Source of the DNA: Peribolospora baueri
Taxonomy: Eukaryota
Length of the DNA stretch: 64,000 bases
Direction of reading: 5' to 3'
Assembly: GCA_029717555.1 (NCBI GenBank)
Contig: JAMDHS010000010.1
Location: forward strand, 124,001 to 188,000
This document shows positions 1-12,739 of the stretch, in pieces. The notes below the pieces were generated by a model. The model was given only the letters and a program-made list of their open reading frames with translations, was not told the origin of the DNA and did not search any database. The translations under genes were made by a program, and so were the position numbers. Numbering within the stretch: position 1 is the first letter of the stretch; every line of letters begins with the position of its first letter.

Positions 1-157
1 CGGACGGCGCGAGCTGGTGGACGTTGTTGGTCACGGGCGAGAGGGGCGCGTCCTCGGGGTCCGGCTCGCCGTCTCTCGGGACGCCGGAGCTCGAGCTGAG
101 GAAGCCGGTGAGGCCCTTCTGGGACGGGGCAAGGCCGCGGCGGTGGATGGTGGACAT
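1..157 (-). CDS. Possible 5' end of a gene running off the window (MSTIHRRGLAPSQKGLTGFLSSSSGVPRDGEPDPEDAPLSP...)
   Basis: ATG at 157 opens a frame that stays open to the window edge. It is preceded by a pyrimidine-rich leader like those of other genes here. No recognisable domain. Confidence 0.35.
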   Translation of the reverse strand, partial: MSTIHRRGLAPSQKGLTGFLSSSSGVPRDGEPDPEDAPLSPVTNNVHQLAPS

Positions 158-1813
158 GGAGGGGGCGGGCGACGAGCGAGGGGGAGAAGGAGGGGGAGGG
201 GGAGGGGGGATTTACGGCCTCGTCTTCTTCTTCGCTGTCGTCGTCGTTGTCGTCGCCGTCGTCGTAGAGTGGTGTTGTCGTCTCGTCTCCCTCGTCGTCA
301 GGAGGAGGCGGTGGGTGGTGAGCGTGGGCAGACGACGGCTAGCCTGGACAGAGACGCGGAAGGAAGGACGAACGGCGGTCGGTGGAGGGAGAGGGAGAGG
401 GAGACGAGGACGACGACGACGACGACGGAGGGCGCCTGCGGTCGTCGGTCGGTCGGGTCGGGGTCGGGTCAACTAACCTGGCCTGGCGCGTCCAGTCGAG
501 ACAGAGAAGGGGGAAAGAGTCCGCGATGACGATGACGGGGACCTGCGCGTGCGATGGGATGAGCCGCCGGCGAGGGCGAAGGCGGGGCGGGGAGGGGGAG
601 ATAGAAGAAGAAGGGATTGGGGAATGGAAGGAGGAAGGAAGGGAAGAGGGATGGCGAGCAGACAACGACGTGGCGAGACGGCGGCGCTGGCTCGCTGGCT
701 CGCTGGCTGACGAGGCGAGGCGTTAAGTCGGTAATCACAGTCGGTGAGCGAAAGGGGCGGCTGGCTGGCTGATGGGTGGAAGGAAGGAAGACGGGTGCTT
801 AGCCCGCGCGTCGCTCGCTTCCTTCTTTCTTTCTTGGTCTGGCCGGCGTTTCCGTTGTTATCGATGGCGCGAAGGAGGGCGCGGCGACGGGGACGGGGTG
901 AGAGGGCTTGATGAGCGTCGTGGACAGGAGAGGGAATGTCGAGGAGGGGCAAGAAGGAAGAAGAAGAAGAAGTCGTCTGTCTCTCGCTCTCTCTCTCTCT
1001 CTTTGCCAGTCTGTCACTGTCGGTCTGTCGGTCAGTCGGTAGGTCGGTCGGTCGGTCGGCGCCGGACGGCGGCTGGCGGATGGATGGCGTTTGGGCGGAG
1101 GCGAGCTGGCGCGCTGCAAGTCGGTCGACGTGCGCTGCGAGCCAAAGCCGGAGGGCAGCGACGAGGCGGGGGCGAGGAAGAAAAGAAGCAAAAGAAAGCA
1201 AAAGAAAAAGAAAAAGAAAAGAAAACAGGGGACCAAGCCTGTTTCGTAGCCCGTACTTACCCGTGCCCGTAAGAAGCCGCACTGGTCTCGAGTGGGGTGC
1301 GCGGAACGAGCGGACGGGGAGGTACATACAAACGACAAAATACAAATGCAGATTACATACATACAATCACGAACACAAATAACAAACACCACCGACGCCA
1401 CCGTCACGCTACTACTGCGCCGCCCACTTACTGTACATCTCTATCTCTATCTTTATCTCGCCGCCGAGCCAACTAGAAAATCAACCGACCGACGTTTATT
1501 AGCTGCTGGCTCCAGTCATCCATCCGCCCGCCGTCACGGTCACGGTCACGGTCACGCTCGCGGTTTCAATTCAATATCATGGTCACGCTACACACGGGCC
1601 CACCTTCTATATGTACGTACACCACCACACCCCGCGCACGCCATCTGCATGCGAGCCATTAGAATCCATCCCGCCGAATCGACACGTCGAGACGTGTGAT
1701 GTGCGAATGGAAAGAGAAAAAGGAAAGCTGTCGCCGCTCTAGATACATTGGCAAATAGACACATAGACAGACCATCCCACCGTACGGTATCGCATAGCAT
1801 CGCATTGCACGAG

Positions 1814-1862
1814 GCCAAGCCAAGCCAAGCCAAAGCCAAAGCCAAAGCCAAAGCCAAGCCAA
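1814..1862. repeat. (GCCAA/GCCAAA)n microsatellite
   Basis: Tandem gccaa and gccaaa units seen directly. Confidence 0.9.
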
Positions 1863-2260
1863 GGCTAATTAAGTAGCCGATTCCACCCGCTTAACCTTAC
1901 ATAAGTCGATCGTTTTTACGTTTTTCTTCTGCGCCGTCTGCCTATACCCTCCCTTCCTTCTTCGATCCCCCCCTTCTAGCTTCCACGCCATCAGCCTGCA
2001 TTGCGTTTCCCGCCAGCCGTCGATCGGGATCATCCCCATCCCCGTCCCCTTTTCGCGCGTCCCTTTTCTTCTTCTTCTTCAAGTTCGAAATCGCGGTCAG
2101 TCCACTCATCATTATGCGACCCAAGAGCCGACGGAAGAGGCCGACGGACGGACGAAATGGACGAAGACGGATGGCGCGCACACAACTCGCGCTCGCCTTG
2201 CGCCCCGTGCCCCGTGCCTGCCTGTCCCGCCCTGGCGCTCTCTCGCCTCGACCTACACGT

Positions 2261-2292
2261 AAGTATCTAAGTATCTAGTATCTAGTATCTAG
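2261..2292. repeat. (AGTATCT)n short tandem repeat
   Basis: aagtatctaagtatctagtatctagtatctag seen directly. Confidence 0.85.
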
Positions 2293-2896
2293 TTAGGTTA
2301 CCGTAGCGTAGCGTAGGTCCATCGCGCCCCATGTAGACCCTTCCTGCGCATAACTGCTACTTGACGACGAGTGGAAGGACGGACGGACGGACGGACGGAC
2401 GGTTCCTACACCACTAAAGCACACGTCCCGTTCCCCCTCAGTCTTGCCGTTCCTAACCGCCGTCGATCTGCGCACGCGCGCACGGAAAAAGAAAAAGAAA
2501 AGAAAAAAACGAAAACGAAAACGACCGCCTCCCGTCGGCAGGGGAGAGAGAGGCAAGGCAGGGCAGTGGCTAAGAAGAGACGTGCACCGACGTCGGTTCG
2601 CTGGACGCGGCGAGGCGAGCCGAGGCGAGGTGGGTGGATGGGATGGATGGATGGCTGGGGGGGCGATCGATCCTTCTTGCAAGCTAGCGTACCCGTACGT
2701 ACATACTACATACATGTACAGCATAGCACCAAGGGCAAACGACAGACAAACAGACAGACAGAAGCGAAGAGGGGAGGGGAGAGAGATCGTCCATCAAGAG
2801 ATTTAAAAGACGACATCATGCAAGTGTTCAACGCCCGTCGCAGTTTCCTCATAGCTGCCCACCCATCGCGCTACCACCGACACCGACACTCAGCGC

Positions 2897-5800
2897 TCAT
2901 CCGTGACCATGTGGACCGTAAGCGGAGGAGAAATTCGGATGCCCGGTCGTCATCTGCAACACCTGCTGATGCTGATGCTGCTGCTGATCATGGTGATGAA
3001 ACGCTAAACTGGCGTGTCCTCGCCCAGCCTCGTCTTCCAAAACAGCGTGGTGCTGATCCGGGTGCGTCATCGTCATCGATGGCGGCGCGACAAAGTCTGA
3101 TGACGATGGAGGAACATGTCCATAGCCAGCCGCCGCCTGTCCATGCGAGCCCGGCTCGACCTGCAAATCCGGACGCCTGCCCGCGAACATGGACGGCGGC
3201 AAGACGACGTCGCTGATGCGTGGCAGCTGCTGCTGCCACGGGTGGCCGTAGGGAGCGCCATAGCTAGGAGCGCTGCTATAGCTCGCACCGCCTCCAGGCA
3301 TCCCCGAGCCACTCGCCGGATGATAATAAGAAACGCCAGAAGCTGACCAGCCCGCCGAGCTTGACGGGAACGGATCGTTGTTCATGGCCGACTGAGCAAG
3401 CGGCTGGGAAGCAGGCCAATGCATCCCCACGTCCGCGTTCGTCGGTCCGGCCGGTGCTGCTTCGGCGCCTGGGGGAATAAAGTCACATTGAGTAGGTAGG
3501 GCTATGTTGGGATGGTAATCACAGGGTAATGTGCTTAAAGGATGCAAGGGCGTAGATATGGCGGGATAGGTGCGCGAGCGATCCCTCGTACCATACCCTC
3601 CCAGCAGACCCGGATGGGAGTGCCAGGGTGTCGGGTCAGACGGCACGACGGGCGTTTTGCCCACCTGGGCGTCCAACGCGGCCTGCCCTTGAGGTGCGTT
3701 CATGTACGATGACGACCCGGCCCCGGTGGGCACGTGGACTAACCTCTCCTCGGTTTCCGGACTCGTGCCCAGACCCGACCCGTCCCACCACTCCGGCGCG
3801 GTGTACTTCATTTGCTGACGAATGGTGGCCATGTCCTCTTTGACCCGATCCCACGTCCAACCGAGTTGACCCAACGCCTCGAGGCACCACCCCACTTCAG
3901 CCAGCTTGGTATCCCAAGTCCAGCCCTCCACCGCTTCGCCTCCGCCGGCGACGAAACGAGTGTCCGGGCACGCGCTTTTGTAACCGTGATGCAACCAGTC
4001 GTGCAACTTGGGTGGTGGCGAACCAGCCGAGGCTGGATCAGCTTTCAGGGCGTGAGAGTCAATCGTTGGAGCGACAGACAAGAAGTTGCCTGCGAGACAA
4101 ATGTGTTTGATGTTCTCGCCCCCGAACTTGATGACGCCCTGAAGGGAAGAGCACGGGGAGACGAGTCGTCGAGGTCAACGTGCGAGCGGCGCTGGCGGAC
4201 GCCCCGTACGCTGGTCAAAGGCACCACTCCGGAACAGAGCGCTTGGGACAAAGGGGCGCCAGAAGAGCATGGTGGTGCTTCTCCAGGTCGGCGACACCGT
4301 TCCCATCCGCCTCTCACAGTGCAAACTCACCGTCGGCAGCAGGGTTCGGAAATACTGAGCGATTCGCCGGCAGAACAACAGAACCATCCTGCTCGACTCG
4401 TCGTAGAGGTCCCGCAGGCGGTCCACGCGCACCCGGGCAGCTTCCAGATCCTGTCCGTTCTTCGCTGACGATGGGAACCAGTGATCGGATACCTGTCTGG
4501 GCTTCTCGCGAGCAACGCGCTGGGCAGACTGATAGAGGTCCTGCACGGCATAAATGGGAGAGGCACGTTCAAAAGACAGCCCGTCCGAGGGCGAAACCAA
4601 AAAATAAAATAAAATAAAATAAAACTCACGTGGATGGCCCAGTGAGAGTATATGACCAAATCCATCAGTCCGATCTTCACCGACGCTGCCACGCACGGCG
4701 AGACGTGGGAAGAGGGGGGGAGGGGAAGATGGATGATCCGACGGATGAGCAAGACAGCACTTGAACGAGAGAAGACGAGATGGAAAGGTGGACTGTACGA
4801 CAGTGGCTCACCGATCCAAATGAGCGGAGAGAAACCTTGATACGTCTCCCACGCTTTCTCGCCCTTGCTGACACACGCCTCGAACGCAGTCCACATGTCC
4901 AGAGCCCGACGCCAGCTCTCCCTACACCTGCCGTCGTACTCATCCAGATCTGTGCAACCGCCTGCGTAGACGAAATGTCCGTCATCGGATGTCGCGGCAG
5001 CTACGTTGGGGTCGACCCAGGATGGGTCGAGAGATGGCCATGGCACGCCGGCGATGATCTTGGCGCTGACGTGTCGGGCAAGGACGCCGAGCTGGACGTA
5101 AGCGAGGACAAGAAAGGAAACGCTCTGCTGAGGGGAGAAGCTGGTCAAAGGATAGGGGAGGAGGGAGAGCGGGGCGCCGCTTTGTTCGCCACAGTGAGCG
5201 AGAGAGAACGTGTTTGGCAGGTCATCGTCCAGAGAGACGATGCGGTCCTCCTCGCTGGTCCGATGAGAGTCAGCAGAGCAACGCGTTGCAAAGACGGTCG
5301 AACCCGACGTAAGCGACTCTCTCGGTGTATATGTCACCCAGAGGAACAGAAAGAGGGCTTACAAGGTGGGACGAGTCCGCATGGCGACCGAGCTCATCGC
5401 GTCGGTGATCCAACCGACCCAGAACACCCTCGTCGGCGTCGCGCCAGTGCGGTAGACCGAGTTCAGAGCGGACTCATCGCTGCTCGTATTGTAGGTGACG
5501 AGGTGGGTAAGCTGGAGGAGGCGGATCTGTTCAAAGGCGACGGTCATGATCAGTCGGCCTTGTCGATAACGTCGCGAACAGTCTTGTCGAGAGTAAGAAG
5601 AAGACGCGTCCGCGCCCCTGTCAGCAGACATTTCTAACCGGGAGAATTTGTCAACGGGGAGCAAGGACGCACAATTAACGAGACGACCCAGAAGGAGAAG
5701 AGCCTGGACGCCTTCGATGGACGGGTCCCTCATCAGGCCCCGTTCATCCATCATTTTAAGCGCTCGATCGAGAAGCTGCTGACAGAACGCCTCCCGAGCA

Positions 5801-7173
5801 GCGCCAAACGAGCTGAGGTCCCCTTCAGAGTCGGCGTCAGCCGCATTGACGAAGGTGACAGAGGTGGCCTGCACCGCCCTGGCGCCGATGTGAATGGCTT
5901 CGTTCTTACCCGCCGCTCCGTCCCCCCTATTCCTCTTCCCGTAGCGCGAATCTGTACCGCCCCCATTTGAGCTGTCGTCCGAGCCGTCGCCAAGGACAAT
6001 GGCCAAGGTGCTGGTGCGCGCGCCCCAGGCCTGCATGGCGGCGCAGATGACCTCCTCCGCCGGGCCCATCATGCTCGGGTCGTTGTCGCATTCATGTAGC
6101 CGGGAGACGAAAGCGGGTTCGTTGATGATGAAAAGGTGTTGATTAGAGGCGGAGAAGAAGGAAGAGATGAGGTGGGAAGACACGCCTTCGGACAGGACAG
6201 CGTTTGCTAGCCGTGTCCGAACCGGGGTCGTCGGATGGAGAGTAGGGAGCGCTCGCGCTTCATAATTGGGGCAGTGGGATGTGGAATACCGTGGTGTGAA
6301 GGAGACCGGCAGACGGTGGTCGACGGCAAAGGTATTGTTATGAGGTGTAGCCGAGAGCGGATAGGCCGTAGCAGGAGACGGGTGCACCCGGGATGATATG
6401 AACGAGTGGAACGAGTCCGTAGAGCGGATGACGGGCGTCCGCTCGTCCACCAAAGCCGACTCGATGAGTGAGTCATCGCTAGTGCGAGTGCCGTGTAGTT
6501 CCCTGGATTGCGAAGCGCACGCGTAAGCGACGGACAGCAAGTATCGCAAACAACACCGCAATGAGCCCATGGCGAACTCACTTTGCTTTCTCGATCCGCT
6601 TTCCTGACCTTCGCTTGGACCTCTTGCTCTGGATAAACTTGTCGGTGCCTGAAAACCAAAGAAGAAAGGGTGGCGAGACGTTGCCGTTGAGTGGTGATGA
6701 TGGCCCATGGACGTGGACGGAGTGTGGACCTAACTCACACACGACCCCTTGTCTCTGGCAGCGAGAGCACCCTGTACCTTCGTGGCGCTCTATCGGAAGG
6801 AAAGACAAAAAAAGGCGTGAGGTCAGCATCAGATCACGCTAGGGGGATTTTCGGCCTCACTGTGACAAGCCAACCACCGACCTGTGATATCGCAGCGGAC
6901 CCTGCGATTGCGACACAAATCACAAGCCTGAGTGAGGAAGGGAAGGGGAAATTGCGTCCGGGACGCCCGTCGTCAGGGTACGAGTGAGCCACTGAGACAG
7001 AGGTCTTGTTCAACACCCACCACGCCCGGTTTTCTGCGTGGTTTCCAACCCGAGTTGGGAATAGTGGTACGAATGGTTTTGCCGACGGAAGAATCCTTGT
7101 CGAGAGGGGAGACCCTAGTGGAGGAGGAGGAGGACGGCCCAGCAGCCGTTTTGGAAGCGTCGCCGTCGATCAT
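2897..7173 (-). CDS. Zn(II)2Cys6 fungal transcription factor, multi-exon
   Basis: Spliced N-terminus KPRRKPGV|ACDLCRNRRVRCDIT|ERHEGTGCSRCQRQGVV|CTDKF gives C-x2-C-x6-C-x10-C-x2-C-x6-C. ORFs 5359-6708 and 4327-5337 carry a fungal-TF middle-region-like segment (SIEGVQALLLLG, RVFWVGWITDA). Low-complexity C-terminal exon ends at 2897. Confidence 0.88.
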
Positions 7174-9902
7174 ATTGGCCGTACAGCGGGGTCCTTCGCT
7201 GGCTACGCACGGGCCTCGAAGGTCGACCTGCCGCCGGCGGTAAGGTACGAACGGTTGACGGAGGCAGGCGGAAACGGTTGGGGCGATGAAGATATGGAGA
7301 CGCCTTGTGACGTTGGCAGCGAGGAAGGAGCCGGAGATTGTTGAGGATTAGCGAGAACAGGGCGCGTCGAGCGTGGCAAAGAAAGGGCAAGGAGCCGAAG
7401 AAAGCGGCCGACCACGGTCAAGCAGCGACCAATCAATCGCCTAGAGTCAAGCTCGGGACAGTCGGAAGCGAAGAAGGGAGTAGCGAGCCGAGATAGGCGA
7501 CGTGGGGGAGAGGAAGGCCGAGTGAAATCGTCCGGTGGCTTCCGTACCCCGGTGTCGTGCGTCGTCTGAGCGAGAGGACGCGCTGGGTATCGAGATCTGC
7601 GAGCGGGCAAGTGCCTAGCCACGAGAGCGACGGCGAAGGCGCGATGGATGAGCGGGTGAGTATGATATAGAGGCGTGATGAGCACGCCGGCGCCGGTGTG
7701 TGCTGTAGCGTCGTGGGCGTCTGATTAAGACGGAAGGGAAGGAACCAGGTCGGGTCCCACCCAAGGGAGGACGAGGGCGGTTTAGAAACGACGGGGAGAG
7801 AGAAGGCGAGGAGTGGTGGCACGTGGTAGGAGGGCGGGGAACGAGGACGGTGAGAAGGAGAGAAAAAGACAGTCGAAGAAAAGAGAAGGAAGGAGGGGAA
7901 AGGCAAGGCAAGGCGAGCTGGAGATAGGGCGAGCTGGCCCACTCGTGTCGTCGTCGTCGTTGCTGTTGCTGTTGCTGTTCAGAACGCCTTGGGGGACGCT
8001 GAGGAGACGACGCAGGGAGCTTGGGTCTGCTGCACGGCCGAGCGCTGAGACGGCTCTGCCTCTCTCGCTCTCCTCAGTCGACCGGGGGCTCGCTCGCCTT
8101 GGTACGAGTGAGAACGCCACCCACGACCGTCTATGTCGTCCGGACCGAGACACTGATGATGACCAGCTTTCGCCACCGCAGACGTCTCCCACTCTCGGCC
8201 TCTCTTACCCGGGCCAAGTATTTACGAGACGACGTTCGAACCAAGTCTCCGGTCATTTCCGCTCCACCCGCTCCATCCCACGTGTCACGCGCAGTCCAGA
8301 CTATGGTGCCCCAGGTGCAGTGCTAGGGCCCAGCTACCTAACGAGCCGAACCGCACTCGGTCTGATCGTCATTGACGTCGTTTCCTTCGTTTCGCTGTCG
8401 GCGCAGAAAAAAACCGCCTCGAGCTTTCGATGGGCGAGAGGAGGGAGAGAGAGCCAGGACGTTCCGAGACCACGGCTTGCATGGAGAGATAGATAGGGCC
8501 GATCAGGAACCACAGCGGGGCAAGACAGCGGCCGGCTTAAAAGCGCTCCATCCCATCCGGTGGGGCTTGCTCAGCACATTTGCCAGCCGATGTCGGTATC
8601 TCAACCACTTGTGGTTCTCTCAGCGCTGCCGCTCTCCATCGTCGATGGCAACGCCAACGCCCATCTCCTCTCCGCCTCCGCCTCCTATGTCTCCGAGGAC
8701 CGCGAGGAGGCGGCCAGCAAGATCACCGAAGGCTCTCGGCTTCTTCTACCTACGTCTGCCAACGAAAGGGTGGGAGGGAGAATGCGGAGGAGGGTCCGGA
8801 CAGGACACGCGGCGGATGTTGTGTCTCATGATCAAGAGCTCGGACATGGCTCGGCGTGAGTGGGGCGCTTGTCAACCCGACGGCTGCCCACGAGCATATA
8901 CGTCCGCCTTGGGGTCCCGTAGCCACTCGCAACCTGTCGTCCTACGCAGCGTTACCGGAGACTTTATTTCGTCCCAGACCAAGTAATATTGGCAACGACG
9001 GAGATCGCGCCCGCCATGGCCATCAGAGCATTGGCAAGAGCACTGCATCGACAAATCGTCCCATAGCCTTCTTCCACACGCGGCCGCCTGTTCGATGATC
9101 CAAAATGGACATGGAAAAGAAAAAAAGGGCTCACCTTGAGCTGAAGGCAGCCAAGCCGGTGGGTAGTGCAGAGGACGCACGCACGCGATGTCCCCCTGCA
9201 GGCCCAAGACGGACGCATATGGGCATGCTTCGCCAGCGTCGACAGAATATGCAAAGAGACCATGATCTAGAGATGGAAATGGATACAGCATACGGGTTCA
9301 GAGAGCAACGGCATGGACGGATGGAGGCCTTTGGCAAATCTCTGACGTGGCATCGGGCGGCGGATGCCAGTCGACATGCGCAGGACTTGCTCTTGCTGGG
9401 AGGGGAGGGTAGAGCGACCTCGCCTCAAAGTGTGGGTGGCAAATTAAAGATGTATAGCTGAGGAGTGGAGCCGTGAATGCCTGCTTCGTGAACTGTGATT
9501 GAGAAAAACGGTGACAAGCTGGCCCGACGTCGACGCCGGCCACGCCCTTAATCGTGAAACCTCTACGCAACGGGGTCGAGGAACGTCCAGTTCAGACGAG
9601 AAAGGCCATCTGGCAAGCCAGTCACACCTCAGTTGCGGTGCGCAGATTTGGGGACGGAGGAGCCCTGTGTAAAGAGCGGTCCCGCACACATCGAGACGCG
9701 CATTCCAAGTTTTGACGGTCAGTCTCGTAAGTCTACCGATGACCGACCCGTTCCTCGTTCGTTCGGGAGGCGCCGATCAATTTGGTCGTTGGCCGGCCGC
9801 AGCACGGAATTAAGCGGCGAATGCTCATACGGCGAAAAAAAATATTTACATCGCTGTAGCGTCGTTCTTCTCCGTCTTTCTGCATTATCATCTACCACAG
9901 TC

Positions 9903-10568
9903 ATGCTAAGGTCGGTCGGCTCCTCTTTTGGCGCGTTGCGCGCTGCTTCGCGTAGCGTTCGGGCTCCCATCGTCTCTGCCCCTCTCAAGTCGGCACTTCC
10001 GGCCCTGGTGCGCCTGCAGACGACCGCGGCTGGTGAGGGCGATCTCGCACACGAAGCCTCCTCGGGCACTTCCTCCGATGCTCAACCTTCCCCAACGCGG
10101 ACGCCGGTACGCGATGGCAACACGCAGGCCATCTATGTTGTATCGCTTCCTAAGGAGGAGGCCGAAAACAAGGGTTACCCGTCGCAATTGCGGCCGGATG
10201 ATCCCTCGCTTAAGCCCTTGCTCGAGGAGGCCAAGTGGACGACGGCCAGACGGTGGCGGGCTCAGAACCGCCCGGTCCCGTGGAGATACCTCTCCCGACG
10301 GCAGTTATTCGCCAACTACCAGGATGCCTTCGCGTTCGCCGCTCAGGTCGCCGAGCATGCAAAGGCGGTGAACCACGATCCGCGCCTGGAGTTGGACCGC
10401 CGGATTTTGACGATCGACCTCGTGACGCACCAGGCCATCCTGACAGGCAAAAGCAAGGAGGACGGGATGGTCAACATGGGTTGCGGCATCACGATGAAGG
10501 ACATCGAGTTTGCGCGCTGGGTCGACGAGAAGTTGGCGTCTATGGACCTTGGTCAGGAGCAGAAGTAA
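9903..10568 (+). CDS. Pterin-4a-carbinolamine dehydratase (PCD/DCoH)-family protein, probably mitochondrial
   Basis: Arg/Ser/Ala-rich presequence-like start MLRSVGSSFGALRAASRSVR. C-terminal LSRRQLFANYQDAFAFAAQVAEHAKAVNHDP...IDLVTH...GITMKDIEFARWVD matches the PCD family pattern. Intronless. Confidence 0.8.
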   Translation: MLRSVGSSFGALRAASRSVRAPIVSAPLKSALPALVRLQTTAAGEGDLAHEASSGTSSDAQPSPTRTPVRDGNTQAIYVVSLPKEEAENKGYPSQLRPDDPSLKPLLEEAKWTTARRWRAQNRPVPWRYLSRRQLFANYQDAFAFAAQVAEHAKAVNHDPRLELDRRILTIDLVTHQAILTGKSKEDGMVNMGCGITMKDIEFARWVDEKLASMDLGQEQK

Positions 10569-10992
10569 GCTCCGGTGATGTTATAGTCGCCGGTATAGGT
10601 CTCCTGTTCCGAAGCGGGTGAGTTGGAGGGGTACAGACTGCTTTCGACTACGTTGGTGACGACTGGCTTTGCCGTGGTTCTCATTTAACTCATTTTCTCT
10701 GTTCTTTGCCTCTTTTCTTTTGATGGGCTCGACAATCCTGACGGTGCAACTTTGATCCGCGCACACCCCCATCTCAGTGTGTTCATAGACATGCGCGATT
10801 ATCCTCGACGACACGACAATGTGTACCGCCCGGACAGATTTGGAAACGTTGTCGGAGCGTGACCGTACAGCCACTGCAATGACAAGGGAATACATTCACT
10901 TATACACACTAGGGATTGAGAATCAGTTGAAGACAAACAGAGCAAGTGAAGTTGGACCAGGAGCGTGAATGCGCGCTACCGGGAGCAAAGCA

Positions 10993-11725
10993 TCAGATCT
11001 CGCCCCGGAGCTTCTTCTCGCCAAGCTCCTTCTCGTGCTCCTGTAGGGCGCGGCGGCAGAAAAAGACATTTACACATTGTCAGATGCCACACAACCTGCA
11101 CAGATAAGGTGACTGGCGCCTGCTCCGGGACTCGCCTTGTTAAAGACAGTGCCGGCAATCTTCTTGGCATGACCTTTGACCTGCTCCTTGAATGGCACCT
11201 CTGAAGCGCGAGAGCGGTGGGTGGGAGGAGTCATGAGAGACACAAGTCAGTACATCAAGAAACGTCAACGCATTCGGTCTGGTGCGGTCTGATACGGGCG
11301 GGATGCGCACTCGCAGTGCTACCGGCCGGCCTAGCTGGCATCCCGATTGGCGATGCCAACGGTCCATCGAAAGCCGCTCGCTGACGATCTCAGTTTGCTA
11401 TCCCGCGGTTTCCCAACACGAAAGAAAATTCATAGGGAGACCAGAATCAGGTGGGTTCGCTCACCGCCCTCGCCAACAGGCTGCTGTGCCGCCGGGTTTC
11501 GGAAGTCTTGACGGCCAGCCGTCTCGGTGGTCTGCTGTGCCTGCGCGGCCAGGTTGGACGACTGCTGCACGCCGGCAGTCTGGGTGAACGCGAGAAAGTC
11601 GGTGTGAGGTCAGCGATGGTAGCTTGCCCATCCTTCTCCTCTCCCCCGTCCCCGCACCTGAGCTCAACGGTACGTACGCGGAAGCCACTCACGTTCTCGT
11701 AGTTTTTCCCGGGTTGCATCGACAT
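10993..11725 (-). pseudogene. Small hydrophilic 5-exon gene (CsbD/stress-protein-like C-terminus) with an apparent in-frame TGA
   Basis: Manual splice: MSMQPGKNYEN|TAGVQQSSNLAAQAQQTTETAGRQDFRNPAAQQPVGEG|AN*DRQRAAFDGPLASPIGMPARPAGSTA|KVPFKEQVKGHAKKIAGTVFNK|EHEKELGEKKLRGEI*. Splice phases are consistent and the last intron is GC-AG (11135-11041). TGA at 11392-11390. Not called by the ORF track. Confidence 0.55.
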
Positions 11726-12739
11726 GATGGATCGTGTGTCGTTCGTTTCGAATTGGCTGGGTCCTGCGTAAGATACCAAGAGCGCCGTCGGTCAACTATT
11801 GAAAAGGAGGCGAAGAGAGCTTGTCGTGGGTAAGACGAGGACATCCTTGAAATTGCGACTCGCCACAAGGCGTCTTAACGCGAGGCCGATGTCTGGCCCA
11901 AGCCGCGAACAAACCGCACCGGGATGCGCGAGAGCATCGGCAGTGACGTCACAAAGTCACATGCGACTGACGTCAAAGCGCTGAGCAGCCTGAATGTGTC
12001 TTTCGACGCGTAAAGGAGATGTAGAAGAGGCGTCGTCTAACACCGCCCTGTCGGGTACACGAGACGCTGTCAGCGCAATCGCTGCACGATCGAATCGGTG
12101 AACATTCCTGTGACGAACGATTGGGACTGCCCTCTCCTTCGTCCGATCTCCATCGGCTCAACCAGCATGAACCCTACCCTGGCGCCGGCCTCACTGACAA
12201 ATCTCAGGCATACAGACCGCTCATCTGTCCCAAAAGCGTCGCTCGCCCATTCCTGTCAGCTCCCACGCAACTACCTACCGGAGCGCTCCGCGGACTGCAA
12301 TGGCTGCACAGCACCATCCAGCTCACCCTTGCTCCCTCACCTTTGCTAATAGAGCTCAAACGTTCATCCTTCCCTTCCCAAGAGGCAGATCAACATGCCG
12401 TCCTCCCCACCAGAGCAGCTCAGGGGCATCCTCGTGAGCCGGAGCCGTCCCAATCATCGTCGCGTCTTTCCAACAAACGTTGACCGCCCCGTCGTCGTTC
12501 ATCGACCCTGCAGGGCAAAAGGGTCAAGTACTTCTACGACATAGACGGCGAAGTGTCTTCCTTGATCTTTTGGGGGCTGTTTGATGGGAATCTTCCGACG
12601 CTGGGTCAAAATGAACCGTCGTTCTCTTTGGATGATTTTGTCCATTGTTCCTACAGCCCATGTACTCGTACAACTCACAAGTCCCTACCGCGCGACGCCT
12701 AAGGTTGTAGGGGATCTGCGACCACATCCAAGCTAGGAA

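Noticed and set aside
473..2800. Long ORFs such as 473-1366 and 2371-3216
   Set aside because: They translate simple repeats in GC-rich intergenic or UTR DNA and show no protein-like signal.
8646..9461. Possible further degenerate gene (ATG 8646, GTGAGT donor near 8856, ORF 9105-9461)
   Set aside because: No recognisable motif and no convincing continuous splice model.
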